From positions 1 through 48,126 of IMG/VR virus record IMGVR_UViG_3300009678_000016: a stretch of 48,126 nt of DNA; one strand, 5' to 3'. Position 1 is the first letter of the stretch. Each line of letters starts with the position of its first letter. Below the pieces are notes generated by a model, which had not been told where the DNA came from, searched no databases, and saw only the letters and a program-made list of their open reading frames with translations. This DNA comes from a virus (Duplodnaviria; Caudoviricetes). A program made the translations under genes and the position numbers. Below are positions 17,442 to 26,903 of this stretch, in pieces.

Positions 17442-18926
17442 GTGCCCGAGAAAGTAGTTGAAGTTCCGGGCATGGGCAACGTCGCGTTTCCAGACACGAT
17501 GAGCGATGAGGAAATCGCCGTACAGATCCGGAAGAGCACCCCGGCTCCTGAAAAGTCAGTCGGCGGCTTCGCTGACAACCTCGGCTCTTCGGCCGTCCAG
17601 TTTGCAAAAGACGTCACCGCTCCGATTCACAGCCCTGTGAAAACGCTCGAAGGAGTAACCGGACTGTTCCAGGGGATGGCGGAGAAATCCGGCTTCAAGC
17701 CAGCCAACGATGTTTCCCATGCGCAGAATGTCGATGCCCTGATGGACTTCTACAAAGACCGCTACGGCTCAATCGAGGGTTTCAAAAAAACCCTGTACGA
17801 GGACCCGGTGGGAGTGATGGCAGACATCGCCACGCTAGCCAGTGGAATGGGAGCCGGCGCCAAAGGTGCACAACTCGCAGCCACGGCAGCCAAGGCCGGT
17901 AAGGTAGCCAGCGGCGCCGGGGCGGTTGCCAGGGGAGCAGCAGCGGTCGAGGCGGCAACCGATCCTCTGAGGCTTGGGGCGAAGGCCGCGGCGGTCCCTC
18001 TCAAACTCGCAGGCAAAGCCCTGGATGCCACGTCCATCAGCCTGACGCGCGGGGCGCTGCGCGGCGGACATACGACTGTTACCGATGCGGCCAAGGTTGG
18101 GAACGCAGCCGAGACTATGAGCGCCGGGAATATCCCGTTCAGCCAGAAGGGGCTCGACGAGATCAGCCAGACCATCGCAGACTTGCAAACCCGTAAGAAC
18201 GACCGGACGAACCGCGCAGGCGCGGCCGGAGTTACGGTGGGCAAGCAGTCCGTGATGTACGCGCTGGGGGACCTCTACGACAAATTGGAGCGGCAAGCCT
18301 TCCCGGCGGATGATCTGAAACAGATCAAAAAGGTGATGGAGGACTTTCGCGGCAGGTACGGCGATCAGATCCCGGCTGATCTAGCTGAATCGATCAAGGA
18401 AGGAACCTACGCGAACAACAGGTACGGCGGCAAACCGGCGCCAGCGCACATGTCCGCAACCGAGAGGGCGGAAAAGACCATCGCGCGTGTGCTGAAAGAA
18501 GAGCTTGAGATTCAGATTCCCGAGCTGGCCAGCTTGAACGTGGAACAGGGGAAGCTGCTGGACTTACAAGGCATCCTCAAAACCGCCGTCAACAAGCACA
18601 CCAACTCCGGCGGCTTCCGGGGAACGTTGAAGAAGGAACTATTCAGTAAAACCGGCGCGATGAAAAGCGCCGGCGTCGCAGTCGGCGCAGGCTACGCTAC
18701 GAGCAATCCGGCGCTTGGCGGCGGGCTCGCCCTCACCCAGGCCGTGCTCTCCGATCCCGCCGTGAAGCAACGGCTGGCCATCATCATCAACCAAACGCGC
18801 AAGGCTAACCCCTCAAAGTGGGGATCGCCCGGCATGCAGGCGGCGCGGGCGCGAGTCGCAGAATATGCCGCCAGTCTAGCGACTCCTCTTTCGCGCGTGC
18901 CGGCGGCGCTCGAAGAACAGCCATGA
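17442..18926 (+). CDS. DNA ejection (internal virion) protein
   Basis: VEVPGMGNVAFPDTMSDEEI N-terminus; Ala/Gly-rich helical; last late gene. Confidence 0.65.
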   Translation: MPEKVVEVPGMGNVAFPDTMSDEEIAVQIRKSTPAPEKSVGGFADNLGSSAVQFAKDVTAPIHSPVKTLEGVTGLFQGMAEKSGFKPANDVSHAQNVDALMDFYKDRYGSIEGFKKTLYEDPVGVMADIATLASGMGAGAKGAQLAATAAKAGKVASGAGAVARGAAAVEAATDPLRLGAKAAAVPLKLAGKALDATSISLTRGALRGGHTTVTDAAKVGNAAETMSAGNIPFSQKGLDEISQTIADLQTRKNDRTNRAGAAGVTVGKQSVMYALGDLYDKLERQAFPADDLKQIKKVMEDFRGRYGDQIPADLAESIKEGTYANNRYGGKPAPAHMSATERAEKTIARVLKEELEIQIPELASLNVEQGKLLDLQGILKTAVNKHTNSGGFRGTLKKELFSKTGAMKSAGVAVGAGYATSNPALGGGLALTQAVLSDPAVKQRLAIIINQTRKANPSKWGSPGMQAARARVAEYAASLATPLSRVPAALEEQP

Positions 18927-18957
18927 CGGAAGTACATGGACGAATCAGCCGGTACCA

Positions 18958-18984
18958 CCGCGCCCCACGAGCAGATTGTTCAAA
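18958..18984 (+). repeat. Dispersed 27-bp motif, copy 4
   Basis: CCGCGCCCCACGAGCAGATTGTTCAAA plus A-tract, between convergent genes. Confidence 0.9.
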
Positions 18985-19078
18985 CCAAAAAAGCTGGTAA
19001 GAAATGGGAGAATCCGAACTCTATTTCGAACCCGACGAAGCCCTCTGCTGGGATCTCAGGCTCAGATCGGCGCGCCCC

Positions 19079-19735
19079 CTAAAAGTCATACCGGAACATT
19101 CCCTCCGGAGAAACCACTCTCGTATTTACCCGGATTAGCAGCAACACATCGTTCACCCGCTCGTCTTCTTCCATCGGAGACAGCAGCCGGTCGGTGCTGA
19201 TTTTGACCTTGGTGATGAGCGCATCGTCCTGCAATAAACAGTAGAACGGGCTTTCGCTCTCTTCGGGGGCGGTTACACCCGCGCAGTCGTCGGGCATGCG
19301 GAGTCCATCGAACAAGACTTTCAGCCGGTTGTCGAGATCCCCGCCGCCCCGGACCAGACCGCCCGGATCGTCCCGGCGAAGGAACAGAATCTCCAGCTCA
19401 CACCCGAGCCCGTGCTCTTCCCGGATCAGCGGGGCGAAGCGATGGCCGCATCGGGAGAACCGGTCGGCCAGAAGCTCCACATTGGGCCGCCCCTCTGTCA
19501 CGGCATCGATCCACGAGGCTCTGAGCAAGGGATGGCGATGCCAAAGCTCCCGCAATTGCCCGTGCAACTGTTTTCGGATGGCGTGCTTCTCGCCGGCGCG
19601 GGAATTTCCTGTGCCGGCTGCCGGAAGCCGGCCTTTGTATGTGAGATGGAACTCCAAGGCTTCCCCCTTGAGCGGCGGCGGCTCAGCGTAGAAATACTCC
19701 GCGACTTGTGGTTTCCACGAATCGGTTGCCAGCAT
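19079..19735 (-). CDS. RusA-like nuclease-fold protein
   Basis: GDLDNRLKVLFDGL and LLQDDALI motifs; -10-like TAACCT 6 nt before the ATG. Confidence 0.65.
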   Translation of the reverse strand: MLATDSWKPQVAEYFYAEPPPLKGEALEFHLTYKGRLPAAGTGNSRAGEKHAIRKQLHGQLRELWHRHPLLRASWIDAVTEGRPNVELLADRFSRCGHRFAPLIREEHGLGCELEILFLRRDDPGGLVRGGGDLDNRLKVLFDGLRMPDDCAGVTAPEESESPFYCLLQDDALITKVKISTDRLLSPMEEDERVNDVLLLIRVNTRVVSPEGMFRYDF

Positions 19736-19744
19736 GATCCAAGG

Positions 19745-19918
19745 TTACCTGCCCGCCAGAATCCAGCTCAGCAGCCCCACCATCGCATCGAACGCCACGA
19801 GCGCCCAGAATCGCCGGCGCCATCGGTGAACTTCTGAGCACGGCGTCAGTCCTTCTCCATCGAGGTAGTGAAGGAATGCCCGGTGCTGGGGCTCGTGTTC
19901 TTTCGAGATCTGTCTCAC
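19745..19918 (-). CDS. Small hypothetical membrane protein (57 aa)
   Basis: Manual translation MRQISKEHEPQHRAF...FWALVAFDAMVGLLSWILAGR. Confidence 0.4.
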   Translation of the reverse strand: MRQISKEHEPQHRAFLHYLDGEGLTPCSEVHRWRRRFWALVAFDAMVGLLSWILAGR

Positions 19919-20021
19919 TTACGAGCCTTCCTGTTTGTCGTGCAAAGCAGTGGCGGGTGCTTCGGGGGTTTGAGGTTGGGCCAGCCGCCCTGGCCTTCCA
20001 TCTCAAAGGGCTTACCATTCG

Positions 20022-20402
20022 TCATGCCTGTGCACTCCCGAATCTGGCATCATAATCCGCATTCAGCCGAATTACCAGAGCTTCAAACGTTAACCCGTTC
20101 ACACTCTCGAACTCCGTTCTGCCGATCTGGTGCAGAGACCGGGGACCTACCCGATGGCATACGGCACATAACGGAATGCAGGAGCGATCGGTACTTTTCT
20201 GTTTCATCCCACCGTCACTTCCGGTGTGAGCTGCTTCGACAAATCGTGTGCACTGGCAGGCCGCGCAGGGGAGCGAGCGGACCCAGGCGCGGAACTGCCA
20301 GTCACGTAGCGGGCCGCGGTACACACGAGCCTGCCGCCGCGGAGCTTTTCTGGGATGCTCGACGATTCCGAAGACGAGATAGCGGAGGAACGAGCTGCTC
20401 AT
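20022..20402 (-). CDS. DUF968-like Zn-binding putative nuclease
   Basis: WVRSLPCAAC..EAAH..CIPLCAVCHR pattern. Confidence 0.7.
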   Translation of the reverse strand: MSSSFLRYLVFGIVEHPRKAPRRQARVYRGPLRDWQFRAWVRSLPCAACQCTRFVEAAHTGSDGGMKQKSTDRSCIPLCAVCHRVGPRSLHQIGRTEFESVNGLTFEALVIRLNADYDARFGSAQA

Positions 20403-21082
20403 TCGCATTCTCCCGGCCGCCACGTAATAAACCCTTCACGAGCTGCCTGGATGAAGCACGTGGTGGCCAGTGCCACTACGTCCCTCGAATCCACTCTGAG
20501 CGTTACTCCCTCGGCAGCCAGCTTGCTTTCGGCCTCTGAAGTCGCCCTTCCCGCCATCAGCAGAAATTCCATGAGGGCCGCTCCGTAAGTTGCCTTGATC
20601 GGCGTGGCCCGCTGCATCGGTACCGGACCGTTGGTCCCCGTTCCGCGCTGTTGCGGCTCCGTCTCGGTGGTGGCCTGCAGCCGCCGCGCCACCGCTGCCG
20701 GCATTCGCGGAGCTGCCGGGTGCTTCCCCTCCTTGATGTTTTCGAGGCTGCCGGCAATCTGCTCTTCCAGCTCCGTGGGCGGCTCTGGCGGCATCGCTTT
20801 GGCTGCCCGCATCTTCTCGGTGGCGAGGGAGAGCGCGACGTCATACCGCGCCTTCTGGCCTTTGCGCACCTGTTTGCAGATCGTCATGGACTCCCCGGCC
20901 GCTAATCCGAGGCCCATGATCCGGAGGGAACATTCCGGATCGACAAACAGCACCCGGTCATCCGCCGTGGTGTACATGACGGACGGACCATAGCCGCGAT
21001 CCTCCATCATCTTGCCGGTGCCGTACTTCAGTTGCAGGGTCTCTGGCACGTTGGGTTCGAGAGCAACTTTTTCGCGTGACAT
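20399..21082 (-). CDS. Hypothetical protein
   Basis: SD GGAGG; coupled to neighbours. Confidence 0.7.
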   Translation of the reverse strand: MSREKVALEPNVPETLQLKYGTGKMMEDRGYGPSVMYTTADDRVLFVDPECSLRIMGLGLAAGESMTICKQVRKGQKARYDVALSLATEKMRAAKAMPPEPPTELEEQIAGSLENIKEGKHPAAPRMPAAVARRLQATTETEPQQRGTGTNGPVPMQRATPIKATYGAALMEFLLMAGRATSEAESKLAAEGVTLRVDSRDVVALATTCFIQAAREGFITWRPGECE

Positions 21083-21322
21083 TTACGCCACCTCCTCGGC
21101 CTGGATTGCGGCCATGATCAGATCGGCTTCGAGCTGTTCGACTGTCGAGCCGATCGTGAGCAGGCCGGCTCCCGGCTCCAGGAGGAGACCTTCGAGCACC
21201 CACTTGCCATCGGTCCCGACAAAAACCCGGAACTGGCCATCGGGGCGCGTGAACGCCCCGGCCTGGGGATCGGTGGCGGGCAGCCAGCCGAGGGAGAGCA
21301 GGTATTGCGAGATTGGATCCAT
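21083..21322 (-). CDS. Hypothetical protein
   Basis: MDPISQYLLSLGW...; TGATG coupling. Confidence 0.6.
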   Translation of the reverse strand: MDPISQYLLSLGWLPATDPQAGAFTRPDGQFRVFVGTDGKWVLEGLLLEPGAGLLTIGSTVEQLEADLIMAAIQAEEVA

Positions 21323-21636
21323 CACGCAGCCTCTCCACAGCAGGGAACGGCCTGCGTGCCGAGCATCAGCCGGTCGGACACCACCGTCTTTTTGGTGGAT
21401 CCGCAGGCCACGCATCCGGCTTCGTGAGCCTTCAGCGCGTCCGACATTTCGCCCAGGGTCCCAGAGGCTTCCACCAGCACGCGATAGCGTACCGGGCACA
21501 TGGTGGCTTCAAGGAGGGCGTCGGCGGCGGCATACTGCTCATCGGTCCAGGGTTGTTCGTCTTCTTCGATCTCATCGGGAGCGGAGAAGGTTTCATAGCG
21601 GTTCAGGAGGGCTGAGTTGAGTGGGAAGCGTTCCAT
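21322..21636 (-). CDS. Hypothetical protein, first gene of the leftward operon
   Basis: ATG 7 nt after a sigma70-like -10. Confidence 0.65.
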   Translation of the reverse strand: MERFPLNSALLNRYETFSAPDEIEEDEQPWTDEQYAAADALLEATMCPVRYRVLVEASGTLGEMSDALKAHEAGCVACGSTKKTVVSDRLMLGTQAVPCCGEAA

Positions 21637-21700
21637 GTAAGTAAGTCTATCATGATAGATCGGCTTGCGTCAATAGGAAAGTGAGTCTATTATGTGAGGT
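21637..21700. promoter_or_regulatory. Divergent sigma70-type promoters with a palindromic operator
   Basis: Rightward TTGCGT-N17-TATTAT-N7-ATG; leftward TTGACG-N18-TAGACT-N7-ATG; perfect palindrome TCTATCATGATAGA at 21646-21659. Confidence 0.75.
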
Positions 21701-21886
21701 ATGTCGATTCCGGCGAGTATGCGGTGCACCTGCCTCCGCTGCGGGTACGAATGGGTCAAGCGGATTGAAGGACGCCCAAAGAGGTGTCCTGCCCCGAACT
21801 GCAAAGAACACGACTGGGACAAGCCAGTCGGGACGGTCAAGAAGACGGGCAGGCCACCGGGCGCGAAAAAGAAGGGCAAGAAGTAG
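21701..21886 (+). CDS. Small Zn-ribbon DNA-binding protein with AT-hook-like tail (candidate repressor)
   Basis: CLRCGYEW..PKRCPAPNC..W; KTGRPPGAKK. Confidence 0.65.
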   Translation: MSIPASMRCTCLRCGYEWVKRIEGRPKRCPAPNCKEHDWDKPVGTVKKTGRPPGAKKKGKK

Positions 21887-21948
21887 GTCTATTTACAGAG
21901 CGTTGCGGAAAAGCAACACGATGACCGACTACTAAGAGGAGTGGTGCT

Positions 21949-22425
21949 ATGCCGAAGCTGTCACCCGCAGAAGAATTGGACAGTGCAATCCGGGCAGCGG
22001 CCAGGGATGCGGACCGGAAGGCTTCCAGCCGTCAAGTTGCTGAGGAGCTGTACGCATCCGATGCAGTTCTGATCGAGCATGTTTCGCGGGAGTGGATTCT
22101 GGAAAAGCTCACCGCGGTCATCGCCAAACATCGCTTAGCCGAGCGCCGCGCCAATGACCCTCAGATGCTTCTGGATGCCAGCTTCGGATTCAAGCGCCTG
22201 CCCCGGCGTCTGGTGTACAGCGGTACATGGATGGCACGGTCCAAGGCAACAATCCGTGAGCTGCGGAAATTCCGGGCGCAAATCTGGAAGGTTCACCACC
22301 CGGCGCTGGAAGAGACGGACAAGGCTATCGAGCTGATGGAAAAGTATGCGGCAGGAAATCCGGGGATCACATTCGGCGAGGTTCAGGAACTGGAAGCCAA
22401 ATTACTGCCGGGCCGCCGAAGCTGA
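21949..22425 (+). CDS. Hypothetical protein, paralog family member
   Basis: SD GAGGAG; EELDSAIRAAAR..SSRQ..EW.LEK..FKR shared with 23071. Confidence 0.75.
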   Translation: MPKLSPAEELDSAIRAAARDADRKASSRQVAEELYASDAVLIEHVSREWILEKLTAVIAKHRLAERRANDPQMLLDASFGFKRLPRRLVYSGTWMARSKATIRELRKFRAQIWKVHHPALEETDKAIELMEKYAAGNPGITFGEVQELEAKLLPGRRS

Positions 22426-22459
22426 AAAAGAAGGCCGCGAAGAAAAAGAAGGCCGCGAA

Positions 22460-22981
22460 GTGAAGACGGCAATCGCCCTACTCTTATTCTCGACCGTCAC
22501 CCCGTTCGGGGGCGCTCACGCTCAGTCGAAGACGTTTACTCCACCGCCGCAAAACAAAAGCGCAATTGACGCTGCGATTAAGCGGATGGAGACAGCACCG
22601 GAAAAGCCGGCCGCTGCCCCCAAGGCTCCCAGCGATGAGACTCGGCAGTTCACGGCGGGCGTACGCAACGGCCGCTTCTGGACTAGTTTAGGCAGGAACG
22701 AAAAGCTCTATTATCTAGTCGGATTAAACGAGGGTGCTTCAGTAGCAAGTGTCGCCGACGGAGCCCCTTACTTCCCCGGCGGGGCGAGCTTTGGAGAAAC
22801 CGAGGATGGCATCGACCAGTTTTACGCGGAGCCGGCAAACGCCAGAATCTCGGTACTGGATGCTCTGCGGGTCTTCACCATGAAAGTGAAAGGGGCAACA
22901 CCTGCGCGCCTCGAAGCTGAGCTAGCAACCCTACGCCGGAGAATCGCAGCGGAAGACGAGCGCGAGAAGGCCAAGAAGTGA
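22460..22981 (+). CDS. Secreted/periplasmic hypothetical protein
   Basis: GTG start; signal peptide MKTAIALLLF..AHA-Q. Confidence 0.7.
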   Translation: MKTAIALLLFSTVTPFGGAHAQSKTFTPPPQNKSAIDAAIKRMETAPEKPAAAPKAPSDETRQFTAGVRNGRFWTSLGRNEKLYYLVGLNEGASVASVADGAPYFPGGASFGETEDGIDQFYAEPANARISVLDALRVFTMKVKGATPARLEAELATLRRRIAAEDEREKAKK

Positions 22982-23070
22982 CGGCTGTGAAGAAATAGGC
23001 CCCCCTTTACAGACTGTGGTCTTTTTGACTGCACAACCTCCTAGCCAGGAGGTTCAGGGAGTACGGAATC

Positions 23071-23529
23071 ATGGCGAAATTCACCGTTCTGGAAGAGTTG
23101 GACATAGCGATCAAAGCAGCCGCGAGAGCCGCCGATGCCGAAAAGATTTCGAGCCGTCAGGCCGGGGAGCGGTTCGAGGCGGATGAACCAAATTTCATTA
23201 GGGCGTTTCAGAAGGAATGGAGTATCGAGAAGGTAGCATCCCTGATCGCCAAGGAAAGGGCGGAGCGGCGGGCGGAGCGGAATGTACGGCGGCGTCTCGG
23301 GTTCAAACGCATCCGGAACAAATTCGAGCTGAGCGACGGCAAGCCCTTCGTAGACGGCGCTTCCACGCTCTGGGAACACGAGCTTCTATTGAAGCACTTG
23401 GGCACCCTGGAACACCCGTTGAGAGCAGAGATCATCAAACGACGGGATTTCCTCAGGCCCTACGCCAAACTGCAACGCGGCATCAGCTTCAACGAAGCGC
23501 TGAAAAAAGCTGGCGAGGCACTGAAATGA
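23071..23529 (+). CDS. Hypothetical protein, paralog family member
   Basis: SD GGGAG; EELDIAIKAAAR..SSRQ..EWSIEK..GFKR. Confidence 0.75.
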   Translation: MAKFTVLEELDIAIKAAARAADAEKISSRQAGERFEADEPNFIRAFQKEWSIEKVASLIAKERAERRAERNVRRRLGFKRIRNKFELSDGKPFVDGASTLWEHELLLKHLGTLEHPLRAEIIKRRDFLRPYAKLQRGISFNEALKKAGEALK

Positions 23530-23993
23530 CGTGCGGTGAAGCGGTCGATAGTTCGGAATTCACCAAGGAGCAGCGCGCATTCCTGAAAGAGACGATCGGG
23601 GAACATCCGGAAATCCGGGATATGGACCTCGACGATGGATACCACTGGGTTATAACAAAGTTGCAGGATGAGATCGACCGTGCAGACGAGCGGCTCACAG
23701 CAATCTTTCGAGAAAATGGCTATGTCGCCTTATCGGACGCCACGCTGTTTCTGGAAGTCTGGGAGCGACGGCCCAAAGACGCAACTTTGTCTGAGCTTTT
23801 TACCTACCTCCGCCTGAAGAAGAAACGCGGTTACAAGCAACAACAGGCGCTCGAAATTTGGGAACGCTATTATGCCCGCCTTCCCAACGGGGCGTATAGC
23901 TTTGCTGATGATGAAACAGCGGAGCGGCTACATCAGATTTGGAACTCCCGCGAGGAAGCGCGCGAGGCGAAGAAAGGGAAGGCTACAAAGTGA
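23526..23993 (+). CDS. Hypothetical protein
   Basis: ATGA coupling to the previous gene. Confidence 0.6.
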   Translation: MTCGEAVDSSEFTKEQRAFLKETIGEHPEIRDMDLDDGYHWVITKLQDEIDRADERLTAIFRENGYVALSDATLFLEVWERRPKDATLSELFTYLRLKKKRGYKQQQALEIWERYYARLPNGAYSFADDETAERLHQIWNSREEAREAKKGKATK

Positions 23994-24247
23994 GCGATGC
24001 AACCTGGGACTCTAAAACCTTTTTCGATTTTCTGTGGAAGGTAATGACGACGATGGCTATTGAACGCGCGGAGCGTCAGGCATTAGTGGAAGCCCTTTCC
24101 CGATCCGGCGTCCTTCCTCCCGAGCTATATCAAACAATTCGCTCGGAGAAACTTCAGGCCGCTCGCGAGACAATTCAGCGAATCGCGAAAGGAGACGAGA
24201 GTGCCTGGCTTGCTCTTCTTCGAGAGTTTCAAGGACCCGTTCAATGA
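23990..24247 (+). CDS. Hypothetical protein
   Basis: GTGA coupling. Confidence 0.6.
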   Translation: MSDATWDSKTFFDFLWKVMTTMAIERAERQALVEALSRSGVLPPELYQTIRSEKLQAARETIQRIAKGDESAWLALLREFQGPVQ

Positions 24248-24324
24248 GGAACAGCGGGTGATGGCCCATGGCTGATCTCAGTGTAGTGAAAGCCAGAAGC
24301 ACATCTCCGCTTCCCCCCGTGCAA

Positions 24325-24351
24325 CCGCGCCCCCCGAGCAGATTGTTCAAA
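24325..24351 (+). repeat. Dispersed 27-bp motif, copy 5
   Basis: CCGCGCCCCCCGAGCAGATTGTTCAAA plus A-tract, between convergent genes. Confidence 0.9.
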
Positions 24352-24362
24352 CCCAAAAAAGT

Positions 24363-24659
24363 TTAAACTGCTTGCGGCCAGCTCCAGCAACCCACAGTGG
24401 GTTTCTCCGAATAGAGCGCCTGAAACATTTCTTCTCTCACACTCTCCGGACTGAAGACCCTGATTGTGATGCTATCGGAGCCCGGTACGATCTTCGTGAT
24501 AAGACCGCTTCGCAACTCCATCTCCCCGTTCTGTAAGCGGTAGCCGAAGATCACCAGCCTTGCGATACCGGGCTGAGGCTGAGAGATCTGCTCGCGTGCG
24601 GCGCCCGAACCGGTTCCACCGCCTGAGATACCTTCCTGTGTGTCGATCATAGGGACCAA
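24363..24659 (-). CDS. Hypothetical protein
   Basis: P..GR.V and terminal GCWSWP pattern seen in small phage proteins; start uncertain. Confidence 0.6.
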   Translation of the reverse strand: MVPMIDTQEGISGGGTGSGAAREQISQPQPGIARLVIFGYRLQNGEMELRSGLITKIVPGSDSITIRVFSPESVREEMFQALYSEKPTVGCWSWPQAV

Positions 24660-24762
24660 ATTCTCCTTGGACGCAAGAGTAGCAGGAAGAACAGCTGGTG
24701 TCGCCCTTTGGAATCGAAGGCCGGAGCAGAGGATGTGGACGGTATCCAGGATCGGGAATCAG

Positions 24763-25098
24763 CTATTGAATCGTGGTGCGGGCATCGGGCCGTCCCTCTG
24801 CGATTTCCGCGGCGATGAACATTTGACGCGCAAACTCCCTTGCCGCGACTGCCGGCAGGGGAACGTGCAGCCGGTCCGGTCCCGGGCCTTCCACAATCAG
24901 AGTCACCGTCCCGCTGTGCGGATCGGTGGAGAGCCCCAGCATCATTTCGGTAATGCTCGCTTCCAGCGGCCGCCGGGGAAGCCACTTCCCGAACCAGCGC
25001 CGTCCCCGTCCGGTCAGGAAGTAGCGGACCAGCAGGGAGCCGAGCACGCCTCCTATCAAGGCGAGCAGGAAGAGAGCGGATAGGTATGTAAGAGTCAT
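24763..25098 (-). CDS. Hypothetical membrane-anchored protein
   Basis: MTLTYLSALFLLALIGG hydrophobic start; ATGA coupling. Confidence 0.55.
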   Translation of the reverse strand: MTLTYLSALFLLALIGGVLGSLLVRYFLTGRGRRWFGKWLPRRPLEASITEMMLGLSTDPHSGTVTLIVEGPGPDRLHVPLPAVAAREFARQMFIAAEIAEGRPDARTTIQ

Positions 25099-25316
25099 CC
25101 AGGGCAGCCTCGATAAGTGGACGCCGACGAATCGCCTACCACCATGGCAAAGTGAGCGCAGCAAACGTACTGGGTCAAGTTGTGGCCAGCCCGTCCAGGA
25201 AAGTCGGGAGGAATCTCTTCCCCCAGTTTGTGTGTCGCTGGAACCTTCGACCCTGTTTGGCGAGCGCACGGTCCGCAGTATTCGCCCCCGCACGTCGCCG
25301 ATACAAAGTGCGTCAT
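25095..25316 (-). CDS. Small Cys-rich hypothetical protein
   Basis: Coupled ORF; ATHKLGEEI..HNLTQYVCCAHF. Confidence 0.6.
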   Translation of the reverse strand: MTHFVSATCGGEYCGPCARQTGSKVPATHKLGEEIPPDFPGRAGHNLTQYVCCAHFAMVVGDSSASTYRGCPG

Positions 25317-25615
25317 CGGTCGAACTCCGGATGATTCCCCATCTCCATCAGCTCCGCGTGCGCCGGCAATCCCGACTCTTTCATCCGCTCGATAATCCCG
25401 GCAATGAACCGGTGGGCAATTTGGGCCGATGGTCCAACCATGTTCGGATGTCTCAGGGCGAGCTGGAGGGTTCCGACCAGGCTAAGACAGCAGGATAGGT
25501 CCAGGTACACCGGCAGATTGAAGTTCTCGCCTGCCGCCTCATGTTCGGCATGGATCCGTTTGAGCAGGTCCTGCTCGTAGCCGGGCGCGGGTTTCATTTT
25601 GACGACGTCGCTCAT
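25313..25615 (-). CDS. Hypothetical protein
   Basis: MSDVVKMK..LQLALRHP; coupled. Confidence 0.6.
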   Translation of the reverse strand: MSDVVKMKPAPGYEQDLLKRIHAEHEAAGENFNLPVYLDLSCCLSLVGTLQLALRHPNMVGPSAQIAHRFIAGIIERMKESGLPAHAELMEMGNHPEFDR

Positions 25616-25917
25616 TTCATTTCCTCGTGGAACTGGTGACAGTTGCCGCAGTAGCGATTCTTCACGTCGTTGGGGTTGTAGGACGTCACTCCGCATTGCG
25701 GGCATTTGATTGAGAATGGCTGGAATCCCAGGCTCTCGACTTCCGCGCCCTTTAACCCGTGGAGCGCGATGTAATGCCGAGACACGAGCCAGGTGCGGTG
25801 GTCAATGGTGACCTTCACCGAAGGCCCCAGGCGCGAAATCAGGTTCTCCACACTCTGCCGGATATCGGGGTCGCTGTAGTGCAGCGGCAGCCCGCAGTGG
25901 CACAGTTCCTCGGTCAC
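25612..25917 (-). CDS. Zn-finger hypothetical protein
   Basis: CPQCGVTSYNPNDVKNRYCGNCHQFH. Confidence 0.65.
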   Translation of the reverse strand: MTEELCHCGLPLHYSDPDIRQSVENLISRLGPSVKVTIDHRTWLVSRHYIALHGLKGAEVESLGFQPFSIKCPQCGVTSYNPNDVKNRYCGNCHQFHEEMK

Positions 25918-26666
25918 AAATCCCTCTTATCCACGCGCCACGAGATCAGAAAATTCAACCAGCGCTTCCGCACCGGGTCGAAGATGCGGCCGAGAATCAC
26001 CGGATCTTTCCGCGCCTTCGCCGGATAGATTGCGATATCGTCGAACACCAGCTCCACCATCGCCCGGTTGGTGGCCTCGATGCATTGCGATCGCGCCATC
26101 ACCAGCGGGAAGTCGGGAGCGTTGAGTTTGGTGATGGGGTACCAGACTTGCTGTTCGAAGGTGCCACGATCCCCCTGCGTTTTTTCAATCTCGCCGCGCT
26201 GCCAATGCACGTTCGGGCTCACGTACGAGCCTTCACCGGCTGGCAGCACGTCCGCCCCCTGAACGCCCTCCGCGCGGTTGTTGATCCACGTCAGGGTTCG
26301 CTCGAACCCGTGCAAGCCGCTCTCGCTGCGGATCGCCAGCACTTCGATGTTGCGGCCTTCGATGGGCGGGAAGAGCATATAACCGGCTTCGAGCACCGAT
26401 AGCACCTTGGCGTAAAACTCGTCCGACTCGGCGAGCTTGCCCAGCGCGGTTTGCATCGACCGTGTTTTGAATCCGCCCTTTTTCGCTTCCGCGATGGCGG
26501 TCCGCATGGTCTCCCATCGCCGGGTGGCTTCTTCTTTTTTCTCCCTGCACCACTCGACCAGCTGGCGCTGGATGGCCTGTAAGTTGGCTGGACTGGTGGC
26601 CACGTCTGTAATTGCGGCGGAGGTGACCGCCGATGACTCTTCAAGTTTCGCTACTTCTTTCGACAT
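25914..26666 (-). CDS. Hypothetical protein
   Basis: SD AAGGAGAG before MSKEV; about 250 aa. Confidence 0.7.
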   Translation of the reverse strand: MSKEVAKLEESSAVTSAAITDVATSPANLQAIQRQLVEWCREKKEEATRRWETMRTAIAEAKKGGFKTRSMQTALGKLAESDEFYAKVLSVLEAGYMLFPPIEGRNIEVLAIRSESGLHGFERTLTWINNRAEGVQGADVLPAGEGSYVSPNVHWQRGEIEKTQGDRGTFEQQVWYPITKLNAPDFPLVMARSQCIEATNRAMVELVFDDIAIYPAKARKDPVILGRIFDPVRKRWLNFLISWRVDKRDL

Positions 26667-26708
26667 TCGAGTTCTCTCCTTTTTTTTCCTACGCTGGCCC
26701 AACTTCAA

Positions 26709-26903
26709 CTAACCCTCAGGCGCTTCGGTTTCAGGGGAAGAGGTTGGGCCGGGTGCCCAAGCCTTCCCGTTCAAAATACGAAATAGGTTCGCCCCGCAGC
26801 CATCGCAAAGATCGTAATGGAACGCTCCGCTAACCTCCACGGTCTCGCCGATCTCTGGGTCCTTGATCGTATTGCCGCACGCATCGCAGTATCGAATTGT
26901 CAT
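26709..26903 (-). CDS. Small Zn-finger protein
   Basis: YCDACG..DLCDGC. Confidence 0.55.
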   Translation of the reverse strand: MTIRYCDACGNTIKDPEIGETVEVSGAFHYDLCDGCGANLFRILNGKAWAPGPTSSPETEAPEG

